DNA from: a virus
Virus record (IMG/VR): IMGVR_UViG_3300020162_002681
Span: 32,001-96,000 of that record
Strand: one strand, 5' to 3'
DNA length: 64,000 nucleotides
Under the pieces are notes generated by a model. That model had not been told where the DNA came from. It did not search any database and worked only from the letters and a program-made list of their open reading frames with translations. This document shows, piece by piece, positions 47,801 through 56,633 of the stretch. Positions within the stretch are counted from its first letter, which is position 1. The number at the start of each line of letters is the position of its first letter. The translations under genes were made by a program, and so were the position numbers.

Positions 47801-49709
47801 CTGCCTGAGCCATGTATACATACCACTGACATGTACCAGTACTGATTGAAGGATTGAGAATAACTGGAACAATTGAAAGAACTCTCGCTTTGGGATGTGT
47901 AAGGGCGTTAGTGGTTAATAGTAGAGGCTGCAAGCAATGCCCGTAAAAATAATCGTTGGGAACTGTGGTACTTAAAAATCTAGAAGTATTGGTTACTCGT
48001 AAACCTTTGACACCTATGCTTCGTTTGGCTGAGGAAGTTGACGCTACCCAAGGAGTATACAAACTGCCAAAAGTCAGCTCCAGTTTGTCAGTTTCTTGAT
48101 ACAAAGTCCCAGAATACGCTACCGTTTTTACGTTGATGCCATTTACATAAAAATACAGATTGTTTTCAAATCTAGAAACTGCTAAATGTGTGTTAGGCTC
48201 AGCAAAAGCCGAGGCGATAGCCGTAGTGCTGGCTGTAATATTAGAAGTGATGCCAGCATTATGATAAAAAACGATGTCCGAGCTTGGTATTGCTAGTGCT
48301 GTGGTTGGAAGTGTGGCATTGATAGTATTGCTACCTTCAGAACCAAATGTCTTCCATGATGTGCCATTCTCACTGACACTGAAACTTAGGTAAGGGGCAG
48401 TTCTGGCAAAACTCCCTTCCCCAGCGTAGTCAGCATAAAAATTGAGGTCGATACTAGCTACTAACTTATCATTAGATGTCAGCTTAAGAAGATTGATTTT
48501 CTCAATTCCATCAGTGTTGGATAAATTAGCAGAAAGCCACTCCAGTAATGTTTTTGGTGTGGTGATTGGCGCATTATTCTCAAATAGCCCCAGATAAAGT
48601 TCGAGTGTCCACTCTGAAGTCGAAAGGTTATCGACGACCTGCTCAGACACATATACAGTATCTCCGTCAAGTTCTAAGAAGCCTGTATTGAAATTCGGCG
48701 TATCTTGACGTAAGGTGGAGTTAGCTAATCTCTTCAGGTTCGAGGCATAGTTGTAAGCATCAAATTGGAGGGGGAAGTTAAAAAGTACGTCAGCATAGCT
48801 TGGGTCAATTCGATTTGCTACGGAATTAAAGGGGAAATGCGCTGTAGTTGGGTAAAATGTTGAGGGATATCTTGCAATAGTCTTTGTGATGCGGAAATCT
48901 GCTATGCTCCCGCTGAAGCTGGTATCGATTAGGTTATCGTAAACAGTTCCACCTGTAGTAGCTGTCATAAATAAAGCAGCACCAAGAGCTAAGCGATTTT
49001 TCAGTGTATTTGCATTGGTATCTTGCGTGAAAGTTAGGTCGAAGCTACAACTGTAAGAATTTGTTTGTGTAAAAGCGAGAAAGGTGCGTAATGTAGACCC
49101 CTCACGTTGAATAGCGACTTTGTATACTGCATCGGTCACTATAGGGGAATTATTGACTTTGAAAGTAGTTCCCTTGGCTGCAAAATACAGGTCGGTATTA
49201 AAAAGAAAAAGCCCGTACCCTTTGTTGTCGGTTAGGACTGGCGGAGCCGCAGGAGTGAAAGTACTCCATGTCAAGCTGCTACCTACAGTGAAGATTGTCT
49301 GCACAGGATATATATTTGAGGTAGAAAAAGAAATCTCAATGGTGAAATTGCTCGTACCTAACGAAAAACCCTCTTCCCAACCACTCAGTTGTACATCTGC
49401 ATAAGTTGGCTTGACAGCCGATACATTTTGTCCCAAGTTAAGCTCGGCGGCTCTATTGATGCGGTTTAGGTTATTAGGAAGTACTAAGCCATTGATTCCG
49501 TAGGTGATAGCTGACTCGGTGTTGCTGCCAGTGAAATTCTTGACATGACGCTGGTATCGTGAATAATCGCGGCTGAAAGGTAGACCTCGACTGTTATCGT
49601 TGAAGTTGCCTGAGATGAGCAAGATAACATCGTTGAAATATACGTCCTCAACCACAGAGTTAGTGGCATCGGCGCTTGCTAGGTATTTTGTGAGAGTTTT
49701 GCCTTCCAT
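44814..49709 (-). CDS. large tail protein with LamG, Ig-like and FN3 domains
   Basis: repeated DPxYxxV/FTIE..HxAx..F.G.I..FR.T...RY LamG units and FTCTLTW Ig-like units. Confidence 0.8.
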   Translation of the reverse strand: MEGKTLTKYLASADATNSVVEDVYFNDVILLISGNFNDNSRGLPFSRDYSRYQRHVKNFTGSNTESAITYGINGLVLPNNLNRINRAAELNLGQNVSAVKPTYADVQLSGWEEGFSLGTSNFTIEISFSTSNIYPVQTIFTVGSSLTWSTFTPAAPPVLTDNKGYGLFLFNTDLYFAAKGTTFKVNNSPIVTDAVYKVAIQREGSTLRTFLAFTQTNSYSCSFDLTFTQDTNANTLKNRLALGAALFMTATTGGTVYDNLIDTSFSGSIADFRITKTIARYPSTFYPTTAHFPFNSVANRIDPSYADVLFNFPLQFDAYNYASNLKRLANSTLRQDTPNFNTGFLELDGDTVYVSEQVVDNLSTSEWTLELYLGLFENNAPITTPKTLLEWLSANLSNTDGIEKINLLKLTSNDKLVASIDLNFYADYAGEGSFARTAPYLSFSVSENGTSWKTFGSEGSNTINATLPTTALAIPSSDIVFYHNAGITSNITASTTAIASAFAEPNTHLAVSRFENNLYFYVNGINVKTVAYSGTLYQETDKLELTFGSLYTPWVASTSSAKRSIGVKGLRVTNTSRFLSTTVPNDYFYGHCLQPLLLTTNALTHPKARVLSIVPVILNPSISTGTCQWYVYMAQAVDSLVLADFSLTQIEGVSGAALVSLVKNNELEYVVTATTGTGNGKLGLNFVDRRTVKYKGINVFISNSTGELNFQGQLYVINKNAPIPTITSGSSPYINETFTCTLTWDASIETFDITKIGVSNGVLSNFILLDEVKQSYQFNVTPEKQGVVYVQAIEGAGITDGDVSSSKSNLLARVYAESFPILQLPLDLSTTFNDVSPNAYQLDEIVANNTLFSSTVFPIGTNSSLAVVPQLEQSGLTYENFEAIGQGSSLVMNGDWTIEFHYRGNTFSPQNTTHLFSVERENTGFAVLAVNGNIQIVRSIDQSSNLFSSVVLRESDIFSGATPIYPAYENGAYTLQQKFPHFAITKKGNIYRFYRNGVRIGLAQSNTDINISSGALKVGYYENRVTQAAYFLSNVRLTVGKALYTAYQHDVPLIPYSLITNILDVSELLDYISLVSDNYVSNKAVNGNTLSLTFNSIINLTQLPLVTILGQAATVTNTIYNTYVATLLVDETIDQQVYFNIAIHDEPSLPNKDFSSTTNGTAVFIENSDFTIVLSTTQPNDNSYKLYATATLNKDASTFNLASLTLDNCIVGGLIKASNNNVYNFEVQALTSGDFSLQVEAGAVASSIGTLNLASNTLTRTAVVPDYLPDSYFGQVLLFLQPEGSSIVDESQYECALAINNVDVVADEYPTGLLKSMRFNGQGSSIVATLNQPMSANQDYCIEFYIYLSSLTTFSLSAPIASPASSVTPTSFDISWSDVDGATDYLVDISNTSDFSRKLDGFDNMLVGDVNSVSVTSNSAIESPEVVPNRVKAEKGFVAEWQKKIGAVGYRVYSSLSSTFDTSIQAISGVFTRSNNISIGDVTDAVEYTPEPVVVDSGSSSGSYSSNSILQGILSSGSSSPKIFAFNDENTLRCYKSQPNYTSPMVAEDLEAKQWYHVALTNNSSAKSTKLFIDGSLVDKLKNSDMGWDASLNIGYALTNFQGYIQSFRATLGQARYTTDFVPPSLPLPKD

Positions 49710-49745
49710 TACCTTCCTTTTCTGTCTGCGAACGTCAGTGAGCTA

Positions 49746-51359
49746 CTAACCAGCATCAGTAGTTGCAATCTTACCACGCTTCTTCACTACACCAGAACTA
49801 TCTTTCCTTGCCGAAAAAATTACGATATCTGATTTACCATTACCTGAAAGAACAGGAGTCGCCCCACTAGGAAACAGAATAGTGTTATCGAAAGCTACTA
49901 CTCCTGTCTGCTGTACCAATTCGACTATAAGTGCCTTAGTTTGGTTATTGGAAAGCGTAGCGGTGAAATTAATGTTCGTTACTGTGTTGCTGATATCTGT
50001 TAGTGGGCATTTTAGGATTAAGTAGTCATAATCTGCGTCAAGGTCAATCGTATAGTTGGTCGGTGAGCTAATAGTGACGGTGTTGGTTTTAATTTGGTCA
50101 CCAAGAGCCGTTATGACTTCATCGGCTAGTTTGTCCAGTCCGATACTTCCATCGGGCAGTGCAGGGTCAAAAACTATCCACCTACCAGTCGTCGGGTTGG
50201 TGTTGGGAATCAGAACTGTATCGCCATTGTCACTTGCAGTAGATGCAGCGTCATATTTGTAAGGTCTGTTGACCGATTCAACCAAGCGTACTTGTCCAGA
50301 TTTGTACTGAACAGAGTTGAGTGACTTGAGAGCCGCTATGTTGTCTACTGGCGCATCCCAGAAAAGAAGGTCTTGTAAAAGTGCGTAATTGACCAGCTTA
50401 GGGTAGATACTAATGAAACTCTGTGCCGATACCCCATCTAGAAGCTGTGAAGATGGTGTGACCTCGATTACTACTGCTGAGCCATCGGGAATACCTTTGT
50501 TGAGCGCAATATCAAGTGTTGGGTACTCTTGCACCACTCCGAGGTTGTCGATGCCAGTAGTGTCCAAGGCGAAGGAACTGAGACTGATGTAGCCAATGAT
50601 TTTAACACCAAAGACGAGCCTGATAGCTGGGTCAGAACTGTATTCGCTTAGGTTAAGTCGCAAGCCAGTCAGAGTGCCGCCAGTGTCGTTCACAATCCAG
50701 TATTTGATAGGCACTGGTATGGAATTGATATTTTCGAGTGGGGCAACGAGTAATGTATCTTGGTCAGCGCTGATTACGTCTATTTCGGCTAGGGCGGTCG
50801 TTTCATAGAGGCTAGCTTCTCTTGTCTTGAACCACCTGCCGCTTGAGTGCGTGAGGATTGTTACGTTATCAATCTGAACTACCGAACCGCTAACAAATTC
50901 GTAGCAAAAACCATTTCCGTTGAGCAGTACCCTGAAGCCTGTTAATAGACCTGTGAGCGCACTGATGTCTGCGGGATTAGAGTAGCTAGTAGGACTGTTT
51001 AAAGTGGCGTTAGCAGTGATTACTACGTCACTGGGAGTGATTGGAGTAACGTAGTCATCTTCAAAGTGCGAGAACTTGTAGATGATTCGTGAAGAAGCGT
51101 AGTCATTGGTGGTGGATACGCTGATTAGGGTTTCATGGATGTCTTCGTATGAGAGGGCAGTGAAATTTTCAGATTCGAGGGTAATGCTGCCGCTTGCGCC
51201 TACGACAAGAGATTTTACAGGGCTTTCAGTAGTATACCCAGCTCTGTTTCTTTTTACAACCCAGAAAAAATATGTGTCTGCATCGATTGACCCACCAGAT
51301 GTGGTTGTGATGGTGGGAGCTACAAGTGTTTTGCTGGAGGCGTAGATTGTTTTAGACAT
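49746..51359 (-). CDS. tail fibre / baseplate adaptor protein
   Basis: two GRW modules; C-terminal FPSGATPVLS..GKSDI. Confidence 0.65.
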   Translation of the reverse strand: MSKTIYASSKTLVAPTITTTSGGSIDADTYFFWVVKRNRAGYTTESPVKSLVVGASGSITLESENFTALSYEDIHETLISVSTTNDYASSRIIYKFSHFEDDYVTPITPSDVVITANATLNSPTSYSNPADISALTGLLTGFRVLLNGNGFCYEFVSGSVVQIDNVTILTHSSGRWFKTREASLYETTALAEIDVISADQDTLLVAPLENINSIPVPIKYWIVNDTGGTLTGLRLNLSEYSSDPAIRLVFGVKIIGYISLSSFALDTTGIDNLGVVQEYPTLDIALNKGIPDGSAVVIEVTPSSQLLDGVSAQSFISIYPKLVNYALLQDLLFWDAPVDNIAALKSLNSVQYKSGQVRLVESVNRPYKYDAASTASDNGDTVLIPNTNPTTGRWIVFDPALPDGSIGLDKLADEVITALGDQIKTNTVTISSPTNYTIDLDADYDYLILKCPLTDISNTVTNINFTATLSNNQTKALIVELVQQTGVVAFDNTILFPSGATPVLSGNGKSDIVIFSARKDSSGVVKKRGKIATTDAG

Positions 51360-51510
51360 TTCGAGCTAATTTCTCAGTTTCTTTTGTAATATATGCTAAC
51401 CAATCTCGACCTTCAGCCACTTTTAGTTGTGGGTACTCAGGCTTGAAGGACTCGGCACGTTCTAGCCAGTCTTGGTCTATTTTACAGAGGTTATTTATGG
51501 CTTTTGGCAT
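51352..51510 (-). CDS. hypothetical protein
   Basis: 52 aa from ATG between coupled genes. Confidence 0.5.
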   Translation of the reverse strand: MPKAINNLCKIDQDWLERAESFKPEYPQLKVAEGRDWLAYITKETEKLARNV

Positions 51511-51514
51511 ATTG

Positions 51515-52078
51515 TTAGTAACGAATACGGGCTTTAGGCATTCTAACACCTGTAGATACCATGTCAACAGGTTCTTCCATCATTCCACCCATTCCTTTGT
51601 ATGAGTCAGTTCTAAATCCTAAGTATCCTGTTGGACTTGCAGCTTCATCGGTTGTTTTGCGAATATCTGTGAAGCCTTTAGTGTCTGGGGTTTTCACGTA
51701 ATCTCTTTTTAGTGGGTCAGGTGCATAGAGGTCTTTATATTCGTACCCTTTAGGCTTACGCATTAGTTGTGGTAATCCAGCCTCTTTTCTTAGTCTGGTT
51801 CTATTGCCGCCTCGGTCGTTATACCACTCATCCTTTAAAAGAGTATTTCCACCATCTCTAGTATCGAAACTATAAGGCTTTAATGACTCTCTAGCTACTC
51901 TAAGTGTATTTGCAGGTTTAGTCTGGCTTCCAAACGGTTTTAGTTTCTCATTTAGAGTGTCTTCTACTCCCTTACCGTACTTTTTTGTATATATTTCGTC
52001 AGCTTTACCTAATTGAGCATTTCTTTTCAGTTGTTTGTTTTGCTGCTTGATTACACCAAAATCTGCGAAGTGTTGCAT
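51515..52078 (-). CDS. basic low-complexity protein, putative internal head protein
   Basis: starts MQHFADF. Confidence 0.65.
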   Translation of the reverse strand: MQHFADFGVIKQQNKQLKRNAQLGKADEIYTKKYGKGVEDTLNEKLKPFGSQTKPANTLRVARESLKPYSFDTRDGGNTLLKDEWYNDRGGNRTRLRKEAGLPQLMRKPKGYEYKDLYAPDPLKRDYVKTPDTKGFTDIRKTTDEAASPTGYLGFRTDSYKGMGGMMEEPVDMVSTGVRMPKARIRY

Positions 52079-52080
52079 AG

Positions 52081-52233
52081 TTATTTAATATCCAATAGTG
52101 TATTTGCGCCCCTTTTAAAACTCACCCAAGCATGGTAGGGGATATTCACAAAACTTTTGTAAGGTACACCAGAAAGTCGCTCATCAGGGATAGTGAGGTC
52201 AACTTTTAGCTGCTTAGTTCTTTTTCTGTGCAT
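52081..52233 (-). CDS. hypothetical protein, 50 aa
   Basis: MHRKRTKQLKVDL...; fills the gap with 2-nt spacing on both sides. Confidence 0.6.
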   Translation of the reverse strand: MHRKRTKQLKVDLTIPDERLSGVPYKSFVNIPYHAWVSFKRGANTLLDIK

Positions 52234-52235
52234 AT

Positions 52236-52406
52236 TTATTTCATGATTGTAGAGGAGGTCACTGGAGGAGAGATATTGAAAACGAACGTGTCGCTGCCTT
52301 GGACTAAAGTTACTTTGTTGCCAGAGACTTGAACCCTCGGTAAAACGTTTTGAAAACCTTGCTTGATGTCGGCTAATGCTTGTGCGTAATCGATGTTTTG
52401 TGCCAT
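52236..52406 (-). CDS. hypothetical protein, 56 aa
   Basis: MAQNIDYAQALADIKQG...; TATACT 6 nt upstream. Confidence 0.65.
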   Translation of the reverse strand: MAQNIDYAQALADIKQGFQNVLPRVQVSGNKVTLVQGSDTFVFNISPPVTSSTIMK

Positions 52407-52428
52407 TTATTAAGTATACCGCAGGAGG

Positions 52429-52457
52429 TTGACAGGTTGTATTAGCTAAGATAGACT
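52429..52457 (+). promoter_or_regulatory. sigma70-type promoter
   Basis: TTGACA-17 nt-TAGACT. Confidence 0.7.
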
Positions 52458-52480
52458 TAGATATCTTATAAATAAAGTAT

Positions 52481-52912
52481 ATGATTATTATCGATGATGT
52501 AATTGTTCCACCTCCGACATCAGAACAAAAAGCAAGTATGCTCAGGCTGTACCAAGAACATTTGCGATTTGACTATCTAAATGTTCTTGGTATTTCTAAT
52601 TACAATCACAATTTTGGGGTTGCTAACACTGCTGAGCTATAGAATAGACTTGCCGCTAAGAAGCTAGACGAAGAGCTATGCGAGAAATTCAGAATCCGTC
52701 ACGCAAATTCAGAACAAGAACTGCAAAAAATGTGGGGTTGCAACGAGATTTACCGCAACTTTGGTACAAGACTTATTCTCCTTAATATCGAAGAAAGCTT
52801 TTTACGAATTACGACTAATTTTGGTGTGTTGGAATTTTTTGCAAAGCCAGAAGAGGAATTTTTTCGAGGAAAAGACCGTAGTTTACCCGTAGTAAGTTTG
52901 ATTGATTATTAA
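52481..52912 (+). pseudogene. 143-codon ORF interrupted by one in-frame TAG (52640)
   Basis: MIIIDDV...AEL*NRL...MWGCNE continuous frame. Confidence 0.6.
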
Positions 52913-55599
52913 AGTCCACTTCCTCCATTATCGACCCAGCGCCCAAAACCAGCACTGATTCCACTGATGTCATTGCCAATCAAGTTCGGTAAATTTGTAA
53001 CTTCAACAGTAGTCACCAATCCACCCTTGATAGTATTTAGCGCCGTAGCGGTCGTGCTGACTGTCGTGAGGCTAACTGGTATCACTTCCCCAAATGTGAC
53101 GTTGACAGGCTGATTAAGCGCACTTCCGTTGATAATCTGCGTAGTGAACGTACTCGACTTGGCAGCCCACTTTTGCCCGAAGTATTGAAACACGCTATTT
53201 GGCTTCACCGCGTTTTGTGTCCATGTAAAGGATGTGCTCAGGCTGGCTCCATCGAACACATCTTTATGCAGCTTGAATGTAGCTCCCTTAATTGCTTCTT
53301 GTATGTTGTTTGCTCCAGTGATTGTTACGTCACTCAGTATGTTGCGGTCACGTACATTTGAGGTTATATAGGTCAGCGAGTCCTTAAGTCCATCCTTATC
53401 CTGCTTGGGGTTTAGCTGATTGATTGGCTTACGAACTGTGGCACTAGGAGGTCGCCCAAGAGCTGTACTGAAACTCGAACTCTGTATATTGCCTTTAAAG
53501 CTTGCATCTGCAACGGTACGGATAGTCCCATAGACAGAATAAGAATCATCCTTAAAGCTGGCATCATTACTTGCAGTCGAATAGCTTGGAATTGTGTCAG
53601 GGTCTTTCTTCTGTTGTGTAGCAATAACTCTGCTAGTATCAATAGTCGGTAGCACACCAGTACCAATAACTGCATTGTCAGGGACATTCATATAACTGAA
53701 AGGTCTATAGAACGTGCCAGTGTATAGCTGATTCTGGTCAATTGAAGTCAGTAGACCGCCAAGGTCATTAAAAGTTTCGTAAATCCTGTCAATATTTGGT
53801 TTAGTCGTCTTGCTAGGACGAATCATGTAGCGAGTATGTTCGTAAACCTCTTCACCAGTGGTCAAATAAATAGGATTCTTGCCCCATAAACTTGCAGCTT
53901 GGTCATTATACTCAGGATTCCCGCTAACACCCGCAGAAATTGAATATCGGGACTTAGCGACAATCATCAAGTTGGGAACCCAGTCAGGACTAGGGAACAG
54001 TACTGCTACAGGGTCTTGGGTACTCGCTACATTAGGTAATTGTGCTTTGGGAATATACTCAACATTCCAATCAACTTTGTCGCCATCTTTGTAATATTTG
54101 CTGAATGGTTCAATAAAGTAATCGACACGCTCAGTAATAGGTATTTTGCGGTATAGGAAGCTTTCAAGAGCACACTTCGCCTTGTAGACAGAAAGATAGT
54201 AGTATTGAAGGCTTATTGGGTCATTAGCGACCAGACTGCCAATTTCAAGCAGGTATGTCAGCCGTATCCATGCTTCGATACTTCCTTTTGACCAGTTAGC
54301 CGCATCTTCATTAGCAAACCGCTTCACAGCCCAACCTTCAGACTGCTCAGCTACTAGAACTTGAGAATGGCACTTGAGCAGATTGTCGAACTGAGGGGGA
54401 ACTGTAGTTGCAACATAATTGCCGTTGGCATCTCTGACTTGCGGTTTAATGTTGAGGTCAAGATTCTGATAAAGGAAATCTGTCTGTTTAATACTCGTAA
54501 CGCGCCACACAATAGGTCTTGCAAAGATATTCGCACCAACCATACCCATCGCACTATTAGCAAGGTCTTTGAGTAGTCCACCGAATGCATTTGCTTGAGC
54601 TGCTGGATTACTTTGCATCCTATCGAGAATAGAATAATCGATGTTGAGTGGAGCTAGAGGATTGCTAACTAATTCGAGCGCTGAGTGACTAAATCCGTAA
54701 GTGCCAGATATTTCCGAGCTTGGTTGCCCATATTTATACAGCGTAATCTTGAATTGCTTGCTCAGACCGCCATTATCTACAAATACACTGAGGTCGCGAG
54801 GAACCAAACTTCCATCCCCAACTTCTACTGGAGGTAAGTGAGGATTGCTATCACCTTCATATAGCACATATTCATCATCAGTTACTTGGACGTAGGTGTT
54901 TTGAAGCGCGTAGTTAGTCCCACCATTCCAATTCAATAAGGTGTTCTTATAGCAAGGCGTTTCATTATCAGATAAAGTTACCTCAGTAAGTGGTGCTGAG
55001 GTAATGGCGCGACCTGACCCCAAATCAACATAATCAATACCTGACTTGGAGAAAACTGCTACTTTGGCATCTAGGGCAGCACGTTCATCAAGAAAAGAGC
55101 GAAGCGTAAAGAAATCCGTGTTAGCTGGTCGGTAAGGTAGATTGACAAAACCACTAAGCCCTGTGATTGGGCAAGTGATGCCAGTAAATGCCGAAACTTG
55201 AGCTAGTAAGCCTGAAAGCGGAAAGCGATAAAACTGTTCGCCAATGATTTGAGCCGACCGCCCATAAGCCAAAACAAACTTAGCTGTATTAATTCCTTTT
55301 TCTGTAAACAGCTTGCTGACATGGGCGTAGCTGAGAGAAACTTCGTACCGAACAACTGCATTACCTATCTTTTGTACTTGAGGAGATTCTTTATAGCTGT
55401 AATTGGTTAGATAGAAATCGTAGTTACCAAATGTCAAGTCACTTCCCAAATTTGGCACATCTTCAAGAGTTGCAACATAAATGATGGCAGAAAGAGATGG
55501 AGGTTGGTTAAGCTCCTGATTTAAGGTGTAAGTGCCTACAACGGCTCTGAGAGGATTTTCGGCGCTACTGGATAGATTATTTGCTACGGGCACAGGCAC
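52909..55599 (-). CDS. putative baseplate hub / tail tip protein
   Basis: 896 aa; position downstream of tape measure. Confidence 0.5.
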   Translation of the reverse strand: MPVPVANNLSSSAENPLRAVVGTYTLNQELNQPPSLSAIIYVATLEDVPNLGSDLTFGNYDFYLTNYSYKESPQVQKIGNAVVRYEVSLSYAHVSKLFTEKGINTAKFVLAYGRSAQIIGEQFYRFPLSGLLAQVSAFTGITCPITGLSGFVNLPYRPANTDFFTLRSFLDERAALDAKVAVFSKSGIDYVDLGSGRAITSAPLTEVTLSDNETPCYKNTLLNWNGGTNYALQNTYVQVTDDEYVLYEGDSNPHLPPVEVGDGSLVPRDLSVFVDNGGLSKQFKITLYKYGQPSSEISGTYGFSHSALELVSNPLAPLNIDYSILDRMQSNPAAQANAFGGLLKDLANSAMGMVGANIFARPIVWRVTSIKQTDFLYQNLDLNIKPQVRDANGNYVATTVPPQFDNLLKCHSQVLVAEQSEGWAVKRFANEDAANWSKGSIEAWIRLTYLLEIGSLVANDPISLQYYYLSVYKAKCALESFLYRKIPITERVDYFIEPFSKYYKDGDKVDWNVEYIPKAQLPNVASTQDPVAVLFPSPDWVPNLMIVAKSRYSISAGVSGNPEYNDQAASLWGKNPIYLTTGEEVYEHTRYMIRPSKTTKPNIDRIYETFNDLGGLLTSIDQNQLYTGTFYRPFSYMNVPDNAVIGTGVLPTIDTSRVIATQQKKDPDTIPSYSTASNDASFKDDSYSVYGTIRTVADASFKGNIQSSSFSTALGRPPSATVRKPINQLNPKQDKDGLKDSLTYITSNVRDRNILSDVTITGANNIQEAIKGATFKLHKDVFDGASLSTSFTWTQNAVKPNSVFQYFGQKWAAKSSTFTTQIINGSALNQPVNVTFGEVIPVSLTTVSTTATALNTIKGGLVTTVEVTNLPNLIGNDISGISAGFGRWVDNGGSGL

Positions 55600-56249
55600 A
55601 CATCCCCATTAAGCTTGAAGAAGGTATTTTTAGGGAAGTCTAAGTATTTGTCGAAGCGATAGACTTGACCGTAATAGCTGACTGTATTTGAATTAGGGGC
55701 AACACCAACAATTTTCAGCAGCTTCTTTTTTCGTATAAATGGGGAAAAACCTAAGAATGGGTAAAATAAATCAAAACTAATGCGTACTCGAATAGTTGTT
55801 CGGTCAGTTATGGACAAGCCTTTGAGGTCGGCTACTTTATACTGTGTGGGTTCTCGGTCTTTGTAGATTGCCGCTTCATTGGCGTAATAATTCACCCAAT
55901 CCAAGTCTCGGTAGCTGTTGAGGTCTGTAAAGTAAAACTCCAGTTCCGCTTGTTTTGATGTAGGAAAATCTCCAATAGTCAAGTAATAGCAAGCATTGAG
56001 GTCAACGGTAGGTCGTCTCGAAGCCGAGTTGTTGTATCCATCTACACCGAGATTGGTAACTAAAAATCCCGCTAGAAATGGCAACTTACTTTTCTGCACG
56101 AAGTTCATGGTAGTCAGGTAAGAAGCTTGTGCTTCGTAGCTGTTGAGTGAAATGGTTTCTGTAGTTAGAGAAGCATCATAAGGAGACAAGGATGTACCGC
56201 CTACCCAAGTTGGTAATCGTTTGGGAGTGTCTTGAAGAATTTTCCACAT
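55584..56249 (-). CDS. putative tail tip protein
   Basis: position in tail operon. Confidence 0.5.
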   Translation of the reverse strand: MWKILQDTPKRLPTWVGGTSLSPYDASLTTETISLNSYEAQASYLTTMNFVQKSKLPFLAGFLVTNLGVDGYNNSASRRPTVDLNACYYLTIGDFPTSKQAELEFYFTDLNSYRDLDWVNYYANEAAIYKDREPTQYKVADLKGLSITDRTTIRVRISFDLFYPFLGFSPFIRKKKLLKIVGVAPNSNTVSYYGQVYRFDKYLDFPKNTFFKLNGDVCLCP

Positions 56250-56258
56250 GAGTCTCGC

Positions 56259-56630
56259 CTACTGTATCGTAAATTCTGGGGTATTGATTTCAACTGCTTG
56301 GAGTGTATATGTTCTATAGCACTGGTCGGCTCCGATAGTATAAATACCTCCATAGTCTATTCCAGTAACTACCCAAGTCTTGCCCCGAAAGGTGAACGTT
56401 TGATTTCCAAAAGTAGTTAGTGTAGGTTTCTCGAAAGGGATATCTGCAACTTTGATTCCCTCAATTGTTACCGAGATTGTCTGATAGGAGACAACTCCAG
56501 CAAGCAAAGTCGAGTTGTTGAGTAGGAAGAAGGCGTTCGCGTTTTGAGCATTAATTTTCCCAAAAGAAATTGCCCCCGATTTTAAGGGGTAGCCAAATAA
56601 CTTCTCTTGGGAAAAACTAAGCCCAGCCAT
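56259..56630 (-). CDS. putative distal tail protein (paralog of next gene)
   Basis: position; similarity to 56634. Confidence 0.5.
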   Translation of the reverse strand: MAGLSFSQEKLFGYPLKSGAISFGKINAQNANAFFLLNNSTLLAGVVSYQTISVTIEGIKVADIPFEKPTLTTFGNQTFTFRGKTWVVTGIDYGGIYTIGADQCYRTYTLQAVEINTPEFTIQ

Positions 56631-56633
56631 AGG

